A stretch of 58,702 nucleotides of DNA from a bacterium (GTDB taxonomy: Archaea > Nanobdellota > Nanobdellia > SCGC-AAA011-G17 > GW2011-AR17). Position 1 is the first letter of the stretch. Every line of letters begins with the position of its first letter. Below the pieces are notes generated by a model. The model made no database searches. It saw only the letters and a program-made list of their open reading frames with translations, and was not told where the DNA came from. The DNA is taken from NCBI GenBank assembly GCA_030697685.1, contig JAUYPF010000048.1, positions 1 through 58,702 on the forward strand, read 5' to 3'. Shown one piece after another: positions 28,938-38,280 of this stretch. A program made the translations under genes and the position numbers.

Positions 28938-30344
28938 ATGTCCTTCCTTAACAATGTTTTAATGAACTTGCCTGAGGTTCAAAGCCCTCTGCAAAAGAAA
29001 TTAGGATTTAAAGAAAAGTTACAGTGGACATTTATAATTCTTGTTGCATTCTTTCTTTTAGGGCTCATACCATTATATGGTTTAGGAGAAAACTCCCTTG
29101 CGCAGTTTGAATTTCTCTCTATTATTCTTGGAGCAAGTTTTGGTTCTATTATTTCTTTAGGAATTGGACCATTGGTTACTTCCTCCATTGTCTTGCAATT
29201 ATTGAATGGATCAGGTCTTGTTAAATTTGATCTTAATACAACAGAAGGGAAAAAACGATTTCAAGGTGTGCAAAAGTTACTATCTATTTTCTTTATCGTG
29301 TTTGAAGCAGGGATTTATGTTTTCATGGGTGGACTAGCACCATCAGCACTTCTTGATCCTTCACAATTTAGAACTATGGAATTTATCCTTGTTGGACAAT
29401 TGATTGTTGGTGGGGTTCTTATTCTGTTTATGGATGAAATTATTAGTAAGTGGGGATTTGGCTCTGGTATTTCTCTTTTTATCGCAGCAGGTGTTGCATC
29501 TGAAATTATGATTCGAGCGTTTAGTCCATTGACTAGTGCAGGAACATTTGCATTTGGAACAAGTCAAGATGCTGTTGGAAAAGTTTGGGTATTTATTTCT
29601 TCTCTTGCAAATCAAAATCCCACAGGAGCAATACTTGCACTGTCTTCTATTCTTGCAACTATTTTGATTTTCTTTGTTGTTGTTTATGTCCAAGCAATGA
29701 AAGTTGAAATTCCACTCTCCTTTGGAAGAATTCGAGGACATGGTATTCGCTGGCCATTAAATTTTCTTTATACCTCTAATATTCCAGTTATTCTTATTGC
29801 AGCATTACTTGCAAATGTTCAATTATGGGCAAGACTTTTAGAAAAATGGGGACATCCACTTTTAGGAACATATTCTGGTTCAAGTCCAATATCAGGATTT
29901 GTGCTTTGGATTACTCCACAAAATCTCGTGCAGGCAGTTATTACAGGAAGTCTCACGTTAAGTCATATTGCACAAGCATTGGTGTATTTACTTTTTATGG
30001 TTGTAGGAGCAATTATTTTTGGAATTTTTTGGGTGCAAACTTCTGGAATGGATGCAAGTGCGCAAGCACGAAACATGTTAAACTCTGGATTACAAATTCC
30101 TGGATTTAGGCGAGATCAAAGAGTTTTAGAAGCAATACTTAATAGGTATATTTTTCCTCTCACTGTTATGGGTGGAGCAGCAGTAGGAATTCTTGCAGCA
30201 AGTGCGGACCTTATGGGGGCATTGACACAGGGAACAGGAATTCTCTTAGCGGTTATGATTATCTATAAATTATATGAAGATATTGCTAACCATCACATGA
30301 TGGATATGCATCCTGCATTAGCGAAGATTATGACGAAGTCGTAA
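28938..30344 (+). CDS. secY: Preprotein translocase subunit SecY
   Basis: LGIGP.VT, KWG.GSGISLFI, YTSNIPVIL, IPGFRRD, GTGILLAV. Confidence 0.97.
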   Translation: MSFLNNVLMNLPEVQSPLQKKLGFKEKLQWTFIILVAFFLLGLIPLYGLGENSLAQFEFLSIILGASFGSIISLGIGPLVTSSIVLQLLNGSGLVKFDLNTTEGKKRFQGVQKLLSIFFIVFEAGIYVFMGGLAPSALLDPSQFRTMEFILVGQLIVGGVLILFMDEIISKWGFGSGISLFIAAGVASEIMIRAFSPLTSAGTFAFGTSQDAVGKVWVFISSLANQNPTGAILALSSILATILIFFVVVYVQAMKVEIPLSFGRIRGHGIRWPLNFLYTSNIPVILIAALLANVQLWARLLEKWGHPLLGTYSGSSPISGFVLWITPQNLVQAVITGSLTLSHIAQALVYLLFMVVGAIIFGIFWVQTSGMDASAQARNMLNSGLQIPGFRRDQRVLEAILNRYIFPLTVMGGAAVGILAASADLMGALTQGTGILLAVMIIYKLYEDIANHHMMDMHPALAKIMTKS

Positions 30345-30377
30345 GTATTATATACTCTAAATATTTGTTTCTCTTCT

Positions 30378-30833
30378 ATGAGTTTTATTGATTTTTTAAA
30401 TCCTGTATTGAATCCAGTGCTTGTACCATTGATGAGTATTCCTAATCCTTGGAATCTCCTTTTGCTTTCTTTTCTTATTACTTTGATTATGACTCTTATG
30501 TATAAATTTTTGACTGATCAGAAATTAATGAAAGAGTTAAAAGATGAAATGAAAGCGCTGCAAAAAGAAATGAAGATGCTCAAAGATAATCCTGAGAAAA
30601 TGATGGAAGTACAAAAAAAAGCAATGGAAAGGAATATGAAATATCTTTTACAGAGTTTGAAGCCTACGCTCATTACATTTATTCCTATTTTAATTATTTT
30701 TGAGTGGATTAGACAGTATTATATGAATATTAGTAATCCAGATGTACTTTTTGGCTTGAGTTGGATTTGGATTTATATCTTAGCATCTATTATTATGAGT
30801 TTAGGGTTGAGAAAGTTATTGAAGGTGCATTAG
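30378..30833 (+). CDS. EMC3/TMCO1 (DUF106, Oxa1 superfamily) membrane protein
   Basis: TM - coiled coil - KP.LITFIP - W.W.Y; canonical position after secY. Confidence 0.88.
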   Translation: MSFIDFLNPVLNPVLVPLMSIPNPWNLLLLSFLITLIMTLMYKFLTDQKLMKELKDEMKALQKEMKMLKDNPEKMMEVQKKAMERNMKYLLQSLKPTLITFIPILIIFEWIRQYYMNISNPDVLFGLSWIWIYILASIIMSLGLRKLLKVH

Positions 30834-31315
30834 TATGTAAAGGATCCTTCCACCGCATGTAATGCTTGGAATATTTTTCTCATTTGTTCAGTCTTTATTT
30901 TTACTGAATGTGTTCTTAATCCTATGTTGAATGCGCTATCTCTGTTTTCAAAAACTCCTGTATCAACAAAAATAGGAAGACTTTCTCTATGCCCAAAAGG
31001 AGGGACTGCACCTATCTGACAGCCTGTTTTCTCCAACACTTCTTCAGGTGTTGCCATACGTGTTTTTCCTTTTGACCAAGACTTTTTTTCTGCAACCGCT
31101 TTTATGTTTACTTTTCTATCTGCAGGGACATCAACAATAAGCCATTCATTATTTCCATTTGTCAGAACGATTGCTTTAATGCCTTGTTTGAGCTCAAATC
31201 CCCTTGTTTTTGCAGCATCTTCACTCGTCAGAACTGGTTCATGTTCTAAATATGTAGGCTGCATATTTTGCTGTTTAAAATAAGCCTTTATTCTTTCTAC
31301 TTCTTCCATTCCCAT
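30830..31315 (-). CDS. YbaK/ProX aminoacyl-tRNA editing (deacylase) domain protein
   Basis: H....TSEDAA, K.IV, A..EEV...TG...GAVPPFG, FN.G. Confidence 0.9.
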   Translation of the reverse strand: MGMEEVERIKAYFKQQNMQPTYLEHEPVLTSEDAAKTRGFELKQGIKAIVLTNGNNEWLIVDVPADRKVNIKAVAEKKSWSKGKTRMATPEEVLEKTGCQIGAVPPFGHRESLPIFVDTGVFENRDSAFNIGLRTHSVKIKTEQMRKIFQALHAVEGSFTY

Positions 31316-31352
31316 AGATTAAATGAAAAAAATGAGTCTTATATAACTTTCT

Positions 31353-32171
31353 TTATTTTCTAGAATCATATTGTAAAAGAATTTTTCTTAATCCAGAAGC
31401 AGTTTCATCATTTAAATCAGCAACTGCCTGTTCAGGATTTGCTATGAGTTGATTATAATATCCAATAAAAGGATTTTCTGCTTCGTGTGCTCCAGGCTCG
31501 CTGACGCTCGCAACACGACGACGTACCCCACGCAGGCGATCGTAACCATTGATATCACGACCATTGGCACCGAAGTCCGAATCGCTACCGAAATCATTCA
31601 GCCAAGACGCCCGCCCAACTGGACCTTCTTGTGTGTTTTCTTGAACATATGCAAGGTTGAGAACATAGACTCTTGTTTCTTTGACTCTTGCATCTGCAAG
31701 CATCTTCATCACTTGCATAAAAGCATAACCAGAGCCATGTACACGTTCTGCAAGTTTTCGTTCTTCAGAATTGAGAGTATCATAGTTTCTAGTTGGAATT
31801 GCAAGATATCTCCACTCAGCATTATCACCTTGTAATCGTAATTGCGTTAGATCAATGGAAACCGTACTATCGGCAGCAATTGCCTCTAAAGCTTCTTCTC
31901 GCGCAGGATGATAATTCCCAGAAGAAGTTAACTCAGCGAAAGCAGTATCAATGTGTCGCAAGACAAGATTATGATCCTGACGAGTTATGGATAAGCGAGC
32001 TTTCCCTTCATGCATATCATACAGATTTCCATCAGCAGTGTAAAAAGGAAGATTTCTTAATTCTATATTTGTAAAACTTTCTCTTTGCAATTCATCACTA
32101 TGGAGCATAGTTCCAGGCTCAGTCAAAGCATACGCGTCACGTAAATTACCAACAATATTTTCGAGTACCAT
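31353..32171 (-). CDS. Probable DGR target (variable) protein with VR-like segment at ~31515-31619
   Basis: RASWLNDFGSDSDFGANGRDINGYDRLRGVRR encoded by adenine-free constant codons and NNY variable codons in a local GC-rich island. Confidence 0.7.
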   Translation of the reverse strand: MVLENIVGNLRDAYALTEPGTMLHSDELQRESFTNIELRNLPFYTADGNLYDMHEGKARLSITRQDHNLVLRHIDTAFAELTSSGNYHPAREEALEAIAADSTVSIDLTQLRLQGDNAEWRYLAIPTRNYDTLNSEERKLAERVHGSGYAFMQVMKMLADARVKETRVYVLNLAYVQENTQEGPVGRASWLNDFGSDSDFGANGRDINGYDRLRGVRRRVASVSEPGAHEAENPFIGYYNQLIANPEQAVADLNDETASGLRKILLQYDSRK

Positions 32172-32261
32172 ACCTTTTGTTTTTTATTCCTTATTTATAA
32201 TATTATCCTTTGGTAGAGCGTCTAAGAAAGGCTTATAAACCCTTACTTTTTCTCATGTCCC

Positions 32262-32528
32262 ATGGCATTCAAACATAGAAATAGATCTTTTCGAAAAGTC
32301 TTGGTAAAACTTGCTAGTAAGGTTACCACACACTATAAGAAAAGAAATCCTGCAAAAGCACAATGCGGCGGATGTGGAAAAGAACTTCATGGAGTTCCAC
32401 GAGCACGAATAGTGAAGATGCAAAATCTGCCAAAAACAAAGAAAAGACCTGAAAGGCCTTATGGCGGAGTTTTTTGTTCAAAATGTATGAGAGAAACCAT
32501 GATAGCTAGGGCAAAAGCACAATCATAA
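32262..32528 (+). CDS. rpl34e: 50S ribosomal protein eL34
   Basis: C..CG..L.GV, K.P.RPYGG..C..C. Confidence 0.95.
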   Translation: MAFKHRNRSFRKVLVKLASKVTTHYKKRNPAKAQCGGCGKELHGVPRARIVKMQNLPKTKKRPERPYGGVFCSKCMRETMIARAKAQS

Positions 32529-32598
32529 TCTCTTGTTGTCGAAAAAGACCTTTATGTGGTGACATATAAAGCGATGAAACAAGAAGGAGAAAACAAAA

Positions 32599-32967
32599 AT
32601 GTTGGAAATTGGAAGAGTTTGTATGAAAATTGCCGGTAGAGATGCTGGTAAAAAAGGTATAGTTATTGATATTCTTGATGATAATTATGTTCTTTTAGAT
32701 GGTGAAGTGCGAAGACGAAAATGTAATATCAACCACTTAGAACCTCTTGGAAAAACTGTTGAGCTGAAGAAAAATGCTTCTCATGCTGATGTTCTCAAAG
32801 CTCTTGGTTTGAAAGAAGAGAAGAAAAAAATAGGAAAGAAAAAAGAAAAATCTGCTCGACCACGAAAAGTAAATGTAAAGAAAACCTATGCAAGTCCTAA
32901 GAAGGAGAAAAAAGCAGTAGTGAAAGCTAAAGCTCCAAAAAAAGAAGTTAAGGTTAAGAAGAAATAA
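32599..32967 (+). CDS. rpl14e: 50S ribosomal protein eL14
   Basis: IGRVC.K.AGRDAGK, R.CN..HLEP. Confidence 0.95.
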   Translation: MLEIGRVCMKIAGRDAGKKGIVIDILDDNYVLLDGEVRRRKCNINHLEPLGKTVELKKNASHADVLKALGLKEEKKKIGKKKEKSARPRKVNVKKTYASPKKEKKAVVKAKAPKKEVKVKKK

Positions 32968-32969
32968 TC

Positions 32970-33356
32970 ATGAATTCTCCACAGCACCAGCAAATGCAGG
33001 AATTGCAACAAGGTTTGCAAGGATTACAACAACAATTGCAACTTCTTCAGCAACAAAAAAATGAGCTAGAAAATTTAATTGATAGTTTGACAGAGCTAGG
33101 AAGTAAAAAAGAAGGAGATGCAGTTCTTATTCCTTTTGGTGCAGGCGTTTTTATCAAAGCAAAAGTAGAAACTACAGAAACAGTTATTCTAAATGTTGGA
33201 GCAAATGTTGTTGTGGAAAAAAGCATTGTAGATACTTTGGCGTTGGTTGCAAAACAAAGCAAAGAATTACATACTATTGAGCAGTCTATGCAAGAAGAAT
33301 TAGCACATATGAGCCAGCAACTGCAATTTTTACAATTGTCTCAAGCTTCAGAGTAA
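32970..33356 (+). CDS. pfdA: Prefoldin subunit alpha
   Basis: Coiled coil - LIP.GAGVF.KA...VGA.VVVEK - coiled coil. Confidence 0.9.
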   Translation: MNSPQHQQMQELQQGLQGLQQQLQLLQQQKNELENLIDSLTELGSKKEGDAVLIPFGAGVFIKAKVETTETVILNVGANVVVEKSIVDTLALVAKQSKELHTIEQSMQEELAHMSQQLQFLQLSQASE

Positions 33357-33392
33357 ACAAATCCTTAAATAGCTTTTTTTCTTCTTATTCTT

Positions 33393-34742
33393 ATGCAAGA
33401 TATCTATTTTCAGTATTATAGCAGAAAAGATATACAAGAGGCAATGCTGAAAGTCTGTGAAGATAGAGAAGTTGTTCCACGATATGGTGAAGGCTTTGGA
33501 AAAAGACCTGATATGCTACAATATCCAGGAGATATTCTTGAGATGGCAAAAAAAGGAGCCACATCATTTCATATTTCTGAAGAACGATGGCATGACCCTT
33601 TATTATTGAAGGCAGGAATGAGCAAGAAAGATCTTGATGAGAATAGGAAAGGATGGGATTTGATCCTTGATATTGATACTGCACATTGGGATTATGCAAA
33701 GTGGACTGCGTATTTTCTTATTGAAGCAATGAAGTTTCATGATGTGAAGAATATTTCATTGAAATTTTCTGGAGGAAAAGGTTGGCATATTGCTGTACCA
33801 TTTGAATCTTTCCCGCAAGAAATGAATGGTGTGAAGACACATAAACTCTTTCCTGAAGGACCACGAATTATTACTGCATATCTGCAAAATATGATTCATG
33901 AAATGCTTGCAAATAAGATTCTTGAGAAAGAAAGCATTGCAAATATTTGCCAGAGGGTTGGAATGAAAAGAGCAGATATTTTCAAAGAAGGAAAGCTTGA
34001 TCCTTTTGTATTTATTGAAATTGATACTGTGCTCATTTCTAATAGACATCTTTTTCGTGCACCATATTCTTTGCATGAGAAAACTGGGCTGGTTTCTTTG
34101 CCAATAGATAAAGATAAAATACTGACTTTTGATAAAAGAGAAGCTGATCCTAAAATAGTCAAAACTGAAAAATGTTTTCTTGAGAAAAATGTGAGCAATG
34201 ATGGAAAAAATTTAATTATCCAAGCAATGGATTGGTGGGGAAAGAAACATGCAAAACAAGGGCCTGATGTTATTCCTGGGCAAAGAATGGAGAGGAGATT
34301 ACCTACAGATGCGGTTGCCGAAAATTGTTTTCCTCATTGTATGCAAAAAATACTTGTAGGGAATATGGATGATGGAAAGAAGCGAGCAGTATTTATTTTA
34401 GTTAATTTTTTAAGGCATATGAATTGGAATGACCAAGATATTGAGAAAAGGTTATTTGAATGGAATAATAAAAATAAAAATCCTTTACCTCCAAATTATA
34501 TTACAACACAACTCACGTGGAATAAAAAACAGAAAGAAAATATTCTTCCTCCTAATTGTAATAAATCTTACTACAAGGATTTACGTGTAGCTTGTCTCGA
34601 AAATGTTTGCAGCCGTTTTAAAAATCCTGTGAATTGTGCTTTACGTATGCATGCACAAGCAAAAGAACTGGAAAAGAAAAAGAAGCCTGTAAGTGAGTCT
34701 GAAAAAACTCTTAAAAAAACAGAGGACAAAGCTCCAAAATAA
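33393..34742 (+). CDS. Fused PriS-PriL DNA primase
   Basis: N-terminal RP, SEERW, WDLILDID, FSGGKGWH, RAPYSLHEK; C-terminal FPHC...PPNC...C....C...KNP Cys cluster. Confidence 0.9.
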   Translation: MQDIYFQYYSRKDIQEAMLKVCEDREVVPRYGEGFGKRPDMLQYPGDILEMAKKGATSFHISEERWHDPLLLKAGMSKKDLDENRKGWDLILDIDTAHWDYAKWTAYFLIEAMKFHDVKNISLKFSGGKGWHIAVPFESFPQEMNGVKTHKLFPEGPRIITAYLQNMIHEMLANKILEKESIANICQRVGMKRADIFKEGKLDPFVFIEIDTVLISNRHLFRAPYSLHEKTGLVSLPIDKDKILTFDKREADPKIVKTEKCFLEKNVSNDGKNLIIQAMDWWGKKHAKQGPDVIPGQRMERRLPTDAVAENCFPHCMQKILVGNMDDGKKRAVFILVNFLRHMNWNDQDIEKRLFEWNNKNKNPLPPNYITTQLTWNKKQKENILPPNCNKSYYKDLRVACLENVCSRFKNPVNCALRMHAQAKELEKKKKPVSESEKTLKKTEDKAPK

Positions 34743-34796
34743 GTTGTTTTTTGCCTCACCCAAGGGTTTATAAATGACCTTCTAGGCACTTTACGT

Positions 34797-35129
34797 ATGG
34801 CATTTGACGAAGGAGAGAGTATTTATAGAGCGCTCGTACGAGATATTTGTATTCGAGCTTCTGATTCTTCTCAAGAGGTTCAAAGAGAAAAAACACTGCT
34901 TGAAGAAAAACTTGAAGCTTCTCTTGTAAATACATTAAAAACTCTTATTCCTGCTTGGAAGAGAAATGGTGGAATGGCTGAAATCAGTGTTGTCTATGCA
35001 TTACCAGCTAGTAACATGATTAGAGAAGATGTTGATAGTTACGAGAGAGTTGTTTATGGCACTGCAAAAAAGATTCTTCGCAAAAATGGATTTGTTCTTG
35101 AAGAAAATCGTTGGCATTATAGAAAGTAA
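34797..35129 (+). CDS. Hypothetical protein
   Basis: 110-aa ORF with TTTATAAA box upstream. Confidence 0.6.
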   Translation: MAFDEGESIYRALVRDICIRASDSSQEVQREKTLLEEKLEASLVNTLKTLIPAWKRNGGMAEISVVYALPASNMIREDVDSYERVVYGTAKKILRKNGFVLEENRWHYRK

Positions 35130-35161
35130 ATCTTTAATTAGTTTCAGTTTCTTTTTTTCTT

Positions 35162-35968
35162 ATGCTTTTTGTCACCGATCTTACTGGCTATATGTATTGC
35201 TCTCGAAAGCTCTATTTCTCTAAAGTTCTTCATGTACGAGAAAAACCTCAAGAACAGAGTATTAAAGGCACGATCAAACATGCTGTGTTTGAACATTCTG
35301 GACGAGAAGATAAAGACATTATTTTTGCGTTTACTGAAAAAGACACTTTAGAAATTTTAGAAATGAAGTATAGGAAGGTATATTATTCTGTGCTTATGTT
35401 CCAAATTCAACGAGCAAAAAAAGATCTTGAAGCACAAGGCTTGAAGACTTTAGAAATTTATCAAGAGTTGTGGCCATTCTTTCTTGCAGAAGCAAAAACA
35501 AAAAGTCTGTATTTCTATAATTTAGCTGAAGAAAAAAAAGTGTATGGAGAGAAATTATGGCTTGCTCTTCCTAAAAGTATTCCTGAGTTACGTATTGTTT
35601 CTGAAAAATTACAGCTTGTTGGAGTTATTGATAGAGTAGACCTTGTGGATGGATTTATTCCTGTAGAAATTAAAACAGGGAGTGCGCCACGTGATGGAGT
35701 GTGGAAAGAGCATATGATACAAATTGGAGCATACATATTGCTTCTGAGTGAACATTATGGGAAAGATATTTCTGAAGGATATGTAGAATATCGAGCAATT
35801 AATGAACGAAGAAAGATTGTTATGAATCCTTTTCTTAAAGATGAGATTTTGGAGTTGATTCAGAAAGTGAGAAATACTTTAAATCGTAAAGAATTGCCTG
35901 CTAAAACCAATGACATAAAAAAATGTGAGAAGTGTGGGATACGAGATATATGCTTTTCACAGGTCTAA
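35162..35968 (+). CDS. cas4: Solo Cas4-family PD-(D/E)XK nuclease
   Basis: N-terminal YC.R, G.ID..D...EIKTG, Q..AY, C-terminal C..C.....C; no cas1/cas2 or array nearby. Confidence 0.85.
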   Translation: MLFVTDLTGYMYCSRKLYFSKVLHVREKPQEQSIKGTIKHAVFEHSGREDKDIIFAFTEKDTLEILEMKYRKVYYSVLMFQIQRAKKDLEAQGLKTLEIYQELWPFFLAEAKTKSLYFYNLAEEKKVYGEKLWLALPKSIPELRIVSEKLQLVGVIDRVDLVDGFIPVEIKTGSAPRDGVWKEHMIQIGAYILLLSEHYGKDISEGYVEYRAINERRKIVMNPFLKDEILELIQKVRNTLNRKELPAKTNDIKKCEKCGIRDICFSQV

Positions 35969-36465
35969 TGTACTCTTTTTTCGAGAAATTCTTTTCTTAC
36001 TTTTCTTGCAAGATGAAGCATCTTTGTTTTTGCGTTAGGAAATGAAGAATATTTTTCTTTGATAATTGGTTTTTTATCTGTACTATACTGAGGAATAATC
36101 TCTGTTTGTACAAGAATACCTTTTTTATTTTTTGTGTCAATTCGTACTTTTATAGGGATGTACCAAAAATGGTGTAATTCCCATTCTCCAATAATTGCGC
36201 GCTCTTGTGAAGTCATTTCCCAAAGTGTTCCGTGAACAACACTTCCCTTGCATGGAGTAATAATATAAGAAAGAAAAGTTTTTCCCCAGCCACATTTTTG
36301 TAAAAGAGATTGTGCTTTCGAAGGAACTTCTGAGAAGGATTGAAGAAAAAGACCATAGTCCTTAAGGATTGCTTTTTTTCCTTTGGCTTTTCTGCCCAAG
36401 AGAGCCTCTATCATCTCAGGATAGGCATTTGCTCCATATCCAAAATAGAATATTTTTTTCTCCAT
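35965..36465 (-). CDS. Gamma-glutamylcyclotransferase (AIG2-like) family protein
   Basis: YFGYGAN, V.G.LW, WE...Y pattern. Confidence 0.75.
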   Translation of the reverse strand: MEKKIFYFGYGANAYPEMIEALLGRKAKGKKAILKDYGLFLQSFSEVPSKAQSLLQKCGWGKTFLSYIITPCKGSVVHGTLWEMTSQERAIIGEWELHHFWYIPIKVRIDTKNKKGILVQTEIIPQYSTDKKPIIKEKYSSFPNAKTKMLHLARKVRKEFLEKRVH

Positions 36466-36573
36466 TGTCTACAGAGAATGATAAATCTCTTTAAAAAGAC
36501 TTCTTTATAGCTTCTTAAATAGATTTTGGAGCCTATCGACAGGCTTATAAACACTAGATTTTTCTTTTATAAT

Positions 36574-36690
36574 GTGAGCGGCCATAGTGGCCTGGTTCCA
36601 CCTGTTCCCATTTCGAACACAGCAGTGAAATAGGCCGACGTTCCGTTGTTGTACTGCATTAAATGCGGGAAGCTCGGTTCGCTGCTCCAC
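36574..36690 (+). rRNA. rrf: 5S rRNA (unlinked)
   Basis: GAGCGGCCATAG...CCCATTTCGAACAC..AGTGAA...GTACTG...GGGAA...CGCTGCTC; terminal helix pairs; own TATA box. Confidence 0.92.
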
Positions 36691-36722
36691 CTTATATTTT
36701 CCTTTTTTAACTTCATACAAAA

Positions 36723-37031
36723 ATGGCAACAGAAAAACATATTGAAGTATTTCCTGGATCTCTTAGTGATTTAGAAAGAATGACTGGGCAGAGATTTATG
36801 TATATGCTATTTCCAGGATATTCAGCATTTCCAGAAGGCCCAGATGACCCTCCATCAGGTATATCTAAAATAGTAGTCGGACGAGCGCTCAAAGAAGAAG
36901 ATTTGGAAAATTCCATCAGAGAGGAAGCAGAAAAGTTTGGGGCAGATGCAGTTGTGAACGTTATTTATAGAGAATTTGCTCACCCTGATAGATATCGAGC
37001 CGCAGGCTCCCTAGTAAAATTAAAACCATAA
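36723..37031 (+). CDS. Hypothetical protein, YbjQ/UPF0145-like C-terminus
   Basis: REEAEKFGADAVVNV.Y...A.G..VK. Confidence 0.55.
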   Translation: MATEKHIEVFPGSLSDLERMTGQRFMYMLFPGYSAFPEGPDDPPSGISKIVVGRALKEEDLENSIREEAEKFGADAVVNVIYREFAHPDRYRAAGSLVKLKP

Positions 37032-37080
37032 TTTCTTCACTACAATAATTTATATAAAGCATTTTTTCTAGCAAAATTGA

Positions 37081-38280
37081 ATGCTCTTCGCACATTTCTC
37101 TGATTGTCATGTTGGTGGTTGGAAAGAGGAAAAACTGAAAGAACTGAATATGCAGTGCTTTAAGAAAGCTATTGCTCTTGTTATGGAAAGAAACGTTGAC
37201 TTTCTTCTCATCTCTGGAGATTTGTTTAATACTGCACTACCACAGATTGACTATATTAAAGAATGTACTTCTGAATTGAAGAAACTGAAAGACTTGGGCA
37301 TCACGGTGTACATGATTGCAGGCTCGCATGATTATTCTCCTAGTGGAAAAACTATGCTTGATGTTTTAGAAAAAGCTGGTCTCATTATCAATGTGATGAA
37401 TTTTTATGAGGATGGGACTTTAAAATTTACTTATGATAAAACTGGTGCAAAGATTACTGGTATGCTCGGAAAGAAAGGTGGATTAGAAATTAATGATTAT
37501 GAAAATCTCAATGTGAAAAATCTTGAAGCTGAAGATGGTTTCAAAATTTTTATGTTTCATACAGCAATCAATGAATTTAAACCACAAGGATTAGAAGAAA
37601 TGGCTGGAGCAGATGCTGCAACATTGCCACAGAATTTTCATTATTATGCAGGGGGGCATGTACATTATATTTTTCAGAAAAAATTTGGACAAGGGGTTTT
37701 AACTTTTCCTGGAGCACTCTTCCCTAATAATTTCAAAGAAATGGAAGAGTGGCAGTATGGAGGTGTGTATTTCGTTGATGAACATGCTAAGTGGGAATAT
37801 GTGCCTGTGAAAATTAAAGATGTTGAAACATTTTCTATTTCTATTGATGATTTGAGCCCAGAACAAGCAACTGCAAAAATATTACAAGAAGTTAAAGCTC
37901 GAAATACGAAAGATAAAATTATTACTCTCCGTGTACATGGTGAATTGGATGGGAAAACTTCAGATATCAATTTCAAAGAAATTATTGAACATCTCCATGA
38001 AGCATACTTTGTGTTAAAAAATACTAACAAATTACAATCGAAACAAAATAAAGAAATAAGCATGAAATTGGGGACTGTTGAAGAGATTGAACAAGAAATT
38101 CTTAAAGAACAAATTTCTGAGATCAAAATCAAAGAAATGGATAAAAATAAAGAAGATCAATTTACTCAATTGCTTATGCAACTATTGAATAAAGAAAAAG
38201 AAGATGGAGAAAAAGTGCAGGATTTTGAAAAAAGAATCATCTCTGAAGGATTAAAGGTGTTGGACGTTGAAACTGCATAA
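37081..38280 (+). CDS. mre11: DNA double-strand break repair nuclease Mre11
   Basis: SDCH.G, GDLF, GSHD, H.A, GH.H phosphoesterase motifs; directly upstream of rad50. Confidence 0.92.
   Translation: MLFAHFSDCHVGGWKEEKLKELNMQCFKKAIALVMERNVDFLLISGDLFNTALPQIDYIKECTSELKKLKDLGITVYMIAGSHDYSPSGKTMLDVLEKAGLIINVMNFYEDGTLKFTYDKTGAKITGMLGKKGGLEINDYENLNVKNLEAEDGFKIFMFHTAINEFKPQGLEEMAGADAATLPQNFHYYAGGHVHYIFQKKFGQGVLTFPGALFPNNFKEMEEWQYGGVYFVDEHAKWEYVPVKIKDVETFSISIDDLSPEQATAKILQEVKARNTKDKIITLRVHGELDGKTSDINFKEIIEHLHEAYFVLKNTNKLQSKQNKEISMKLGTVEEIEQEILKEQISEIKIKEMDKNKEDQFTQLLMQLLNKEKEDGEKVQDFEKRIISEGLKVLDVETA

Noticed and set aside
17323..30109. Numerous short antisense or alternate-frame ORFs across the ribosomal operon
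   Set aside because: Shadows of Lys-rich conserved genes (Phe/Ser/Leu-rich translations) with no independent signals
32980..33060. CAA/AAC-rich stretch as the DGR template repeat
   Set aside because: It is the Gln-rich coiled coil of prefoldin alpha and does not align with the VR
35162..36700. CRISPR-Cas locus around cas4
   Set aside because: No repeat-spacer array and no cas1/cas2 or effector genes seen
36505..36729. ORF 36505..36729(-)
   Set aside because: Antisense to the 5S rRNA
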